Assembly (NCBI GenBank): GCA_965218425.1 | Contig: OZ244621.1 | Coordinates: 896,001 to 960,000 of the forward strand | Source: an uncultured Candidatus Binatia bacterium | GTDB taxonomy: Bacteria > Desulfobacterota > Binatia > UBA9968 > CAXXLF01 | Length of the DNA stretch: 64,000 bases | Direction: 5' to 3' | Shown: piece by piece, positions 63,464 to 64,000 of the stretch | Layout of the letters: each line of letters starts with the position of its first letter | Position numbering within the stretch: the stretch's first letter is position 1 | Translations under genes and position numbers: made by a program | The notes under the pieces: model-generated | Databases searched by the model: none | What the model was told of the DNA's origin: nothing | Seen by the model: the letters and a program-made list of their open reading frames with translations, nothing else

Positions 63464-64000
63464 AATTTTTTGCCCTCATCTTTCTATATTTAGAGTGTAC
63501 CAGGAATGCGCCAGCGATCAAAAGCAAGACCCAGTAATACCGCACGAGTTGTAGCTGGGCCATTTCGAGCCAGTAAACAAAATTCGGGGATCGGGAAATG
63601 AGCTTTCTCAACGCCTGCTGTGACCCGGCGTAATCCCTTGTCTGTTTCAGCACCCGGGACATCCCGTATAAAGCCCCCTGGTCCTGCGGATTCAGCGCTA
63701 GAGCCTGCTCAAAATCCCGTCGCGCCGCCCGCCATTTCTCCTGCTCAAAATGAACCCACCCCCGGTTGCTCCATGCCTGCGCATAACCCTCACGTAGCTC
63801 CAATGCCCGATTGAATCCCTCCAAAGCCCGGTCCAAATCCCCGTTCTTCTTCAAAGCCACTGCCAGGTTATTCTGTGCCTCAGGAGATTGGGGCCGCAAC
63901 TGAACTACTTTCCTATAAGCCTCAATGGCCGCGGGGAAATCTTTATGTACCTCTAGGCTCAACCATCCGAGGAGGGTCCTCGCCTCCACATGATCCGGCG
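63453..64000 (-). CDS. TPR repeat protein with a C-terminal membrane anchor (5' end outside the window)
   Basis: TPR units AQNNLAVAL, AWSNRGWV and ALYGMSRV; hydrophobic YYWVLLLIAGAFLV; the frame is open to the window edge (PDHVEAR...). Confidence 0.88.
   Translation of the reverse strand, partial: PDHVEARTLLGWLSLEVHKDFPAAIEAYRKVVQLRPQSPEAQNNLAVALKKNGDLDRALEGFNRALELREGYAQAWSNRGWVHFEQEKWRAARRDFEQALALNPQDQGALYGMSRVLKQTRDYAGSQQALRKLISRSPNFVYWLEMAQLQLVRYYWVLLLIAGAFLVHSKYRKMRAKNYGG

Overview
A 64-kb stretch of a bacterial chromosome, roughly mid-50s % GC by eye. The gene content (DxH-type amidohydrolases, Bug/TctC, phthalate-type Rieske oxygenase, UbiD, and the thrS-infC-rpmI-rplT-pheST-ihfA-merR-tRNA-Pro-pcm-nlpD-apt block) suggests a deltaproteobacterial or Binatia-like lineage; this is an inference. 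Housekeeping genes: pncB (partial), prkA-yeaH-spoVR, comM, guaBA, dnaE, hflX, the translation cluster with tRNA-Val(GAC) and tRNA-Pro(GGG), thiC, glnE and hisIG. Accessory modules: (i) a solitary PaaA/BoxB-like diiron enzyme next to etfBA and an amidohydrolase; (ii) a tctB-tctC-tctA transporter followed by an NDH-2 fused to a membrane domain, a partner protein built from three copies of that same domain (two with paired His), chrA and a FolM-like reductase; (iii) UbiD, a Rieske oxygenase and an orphan Mo-hydroxylase large subunit, where both UbiD and the Mo subunit carry Glu->Gln changes at canonical catalytic positions; (iv) a ferredoxin with a 59-residue insertion behind a TPR gene. Features missed by the ORF track: an NrtR-like operator at pncB, a terminator/leader-ORF arrangement before guaB, an AUA start for infC, five decayed genes (DnaJ, phage-type lysozyme, DUF3568 lipoprotein, beta-propeller, sigma-54 regulator), a MITE-like element, dispersed REP-like repeats and a ~400-nt multi-hairpin element. 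I found no CRISPR array, rRNA or intact transposase. All family assignments come from motif recognition by eye, not from database searches.
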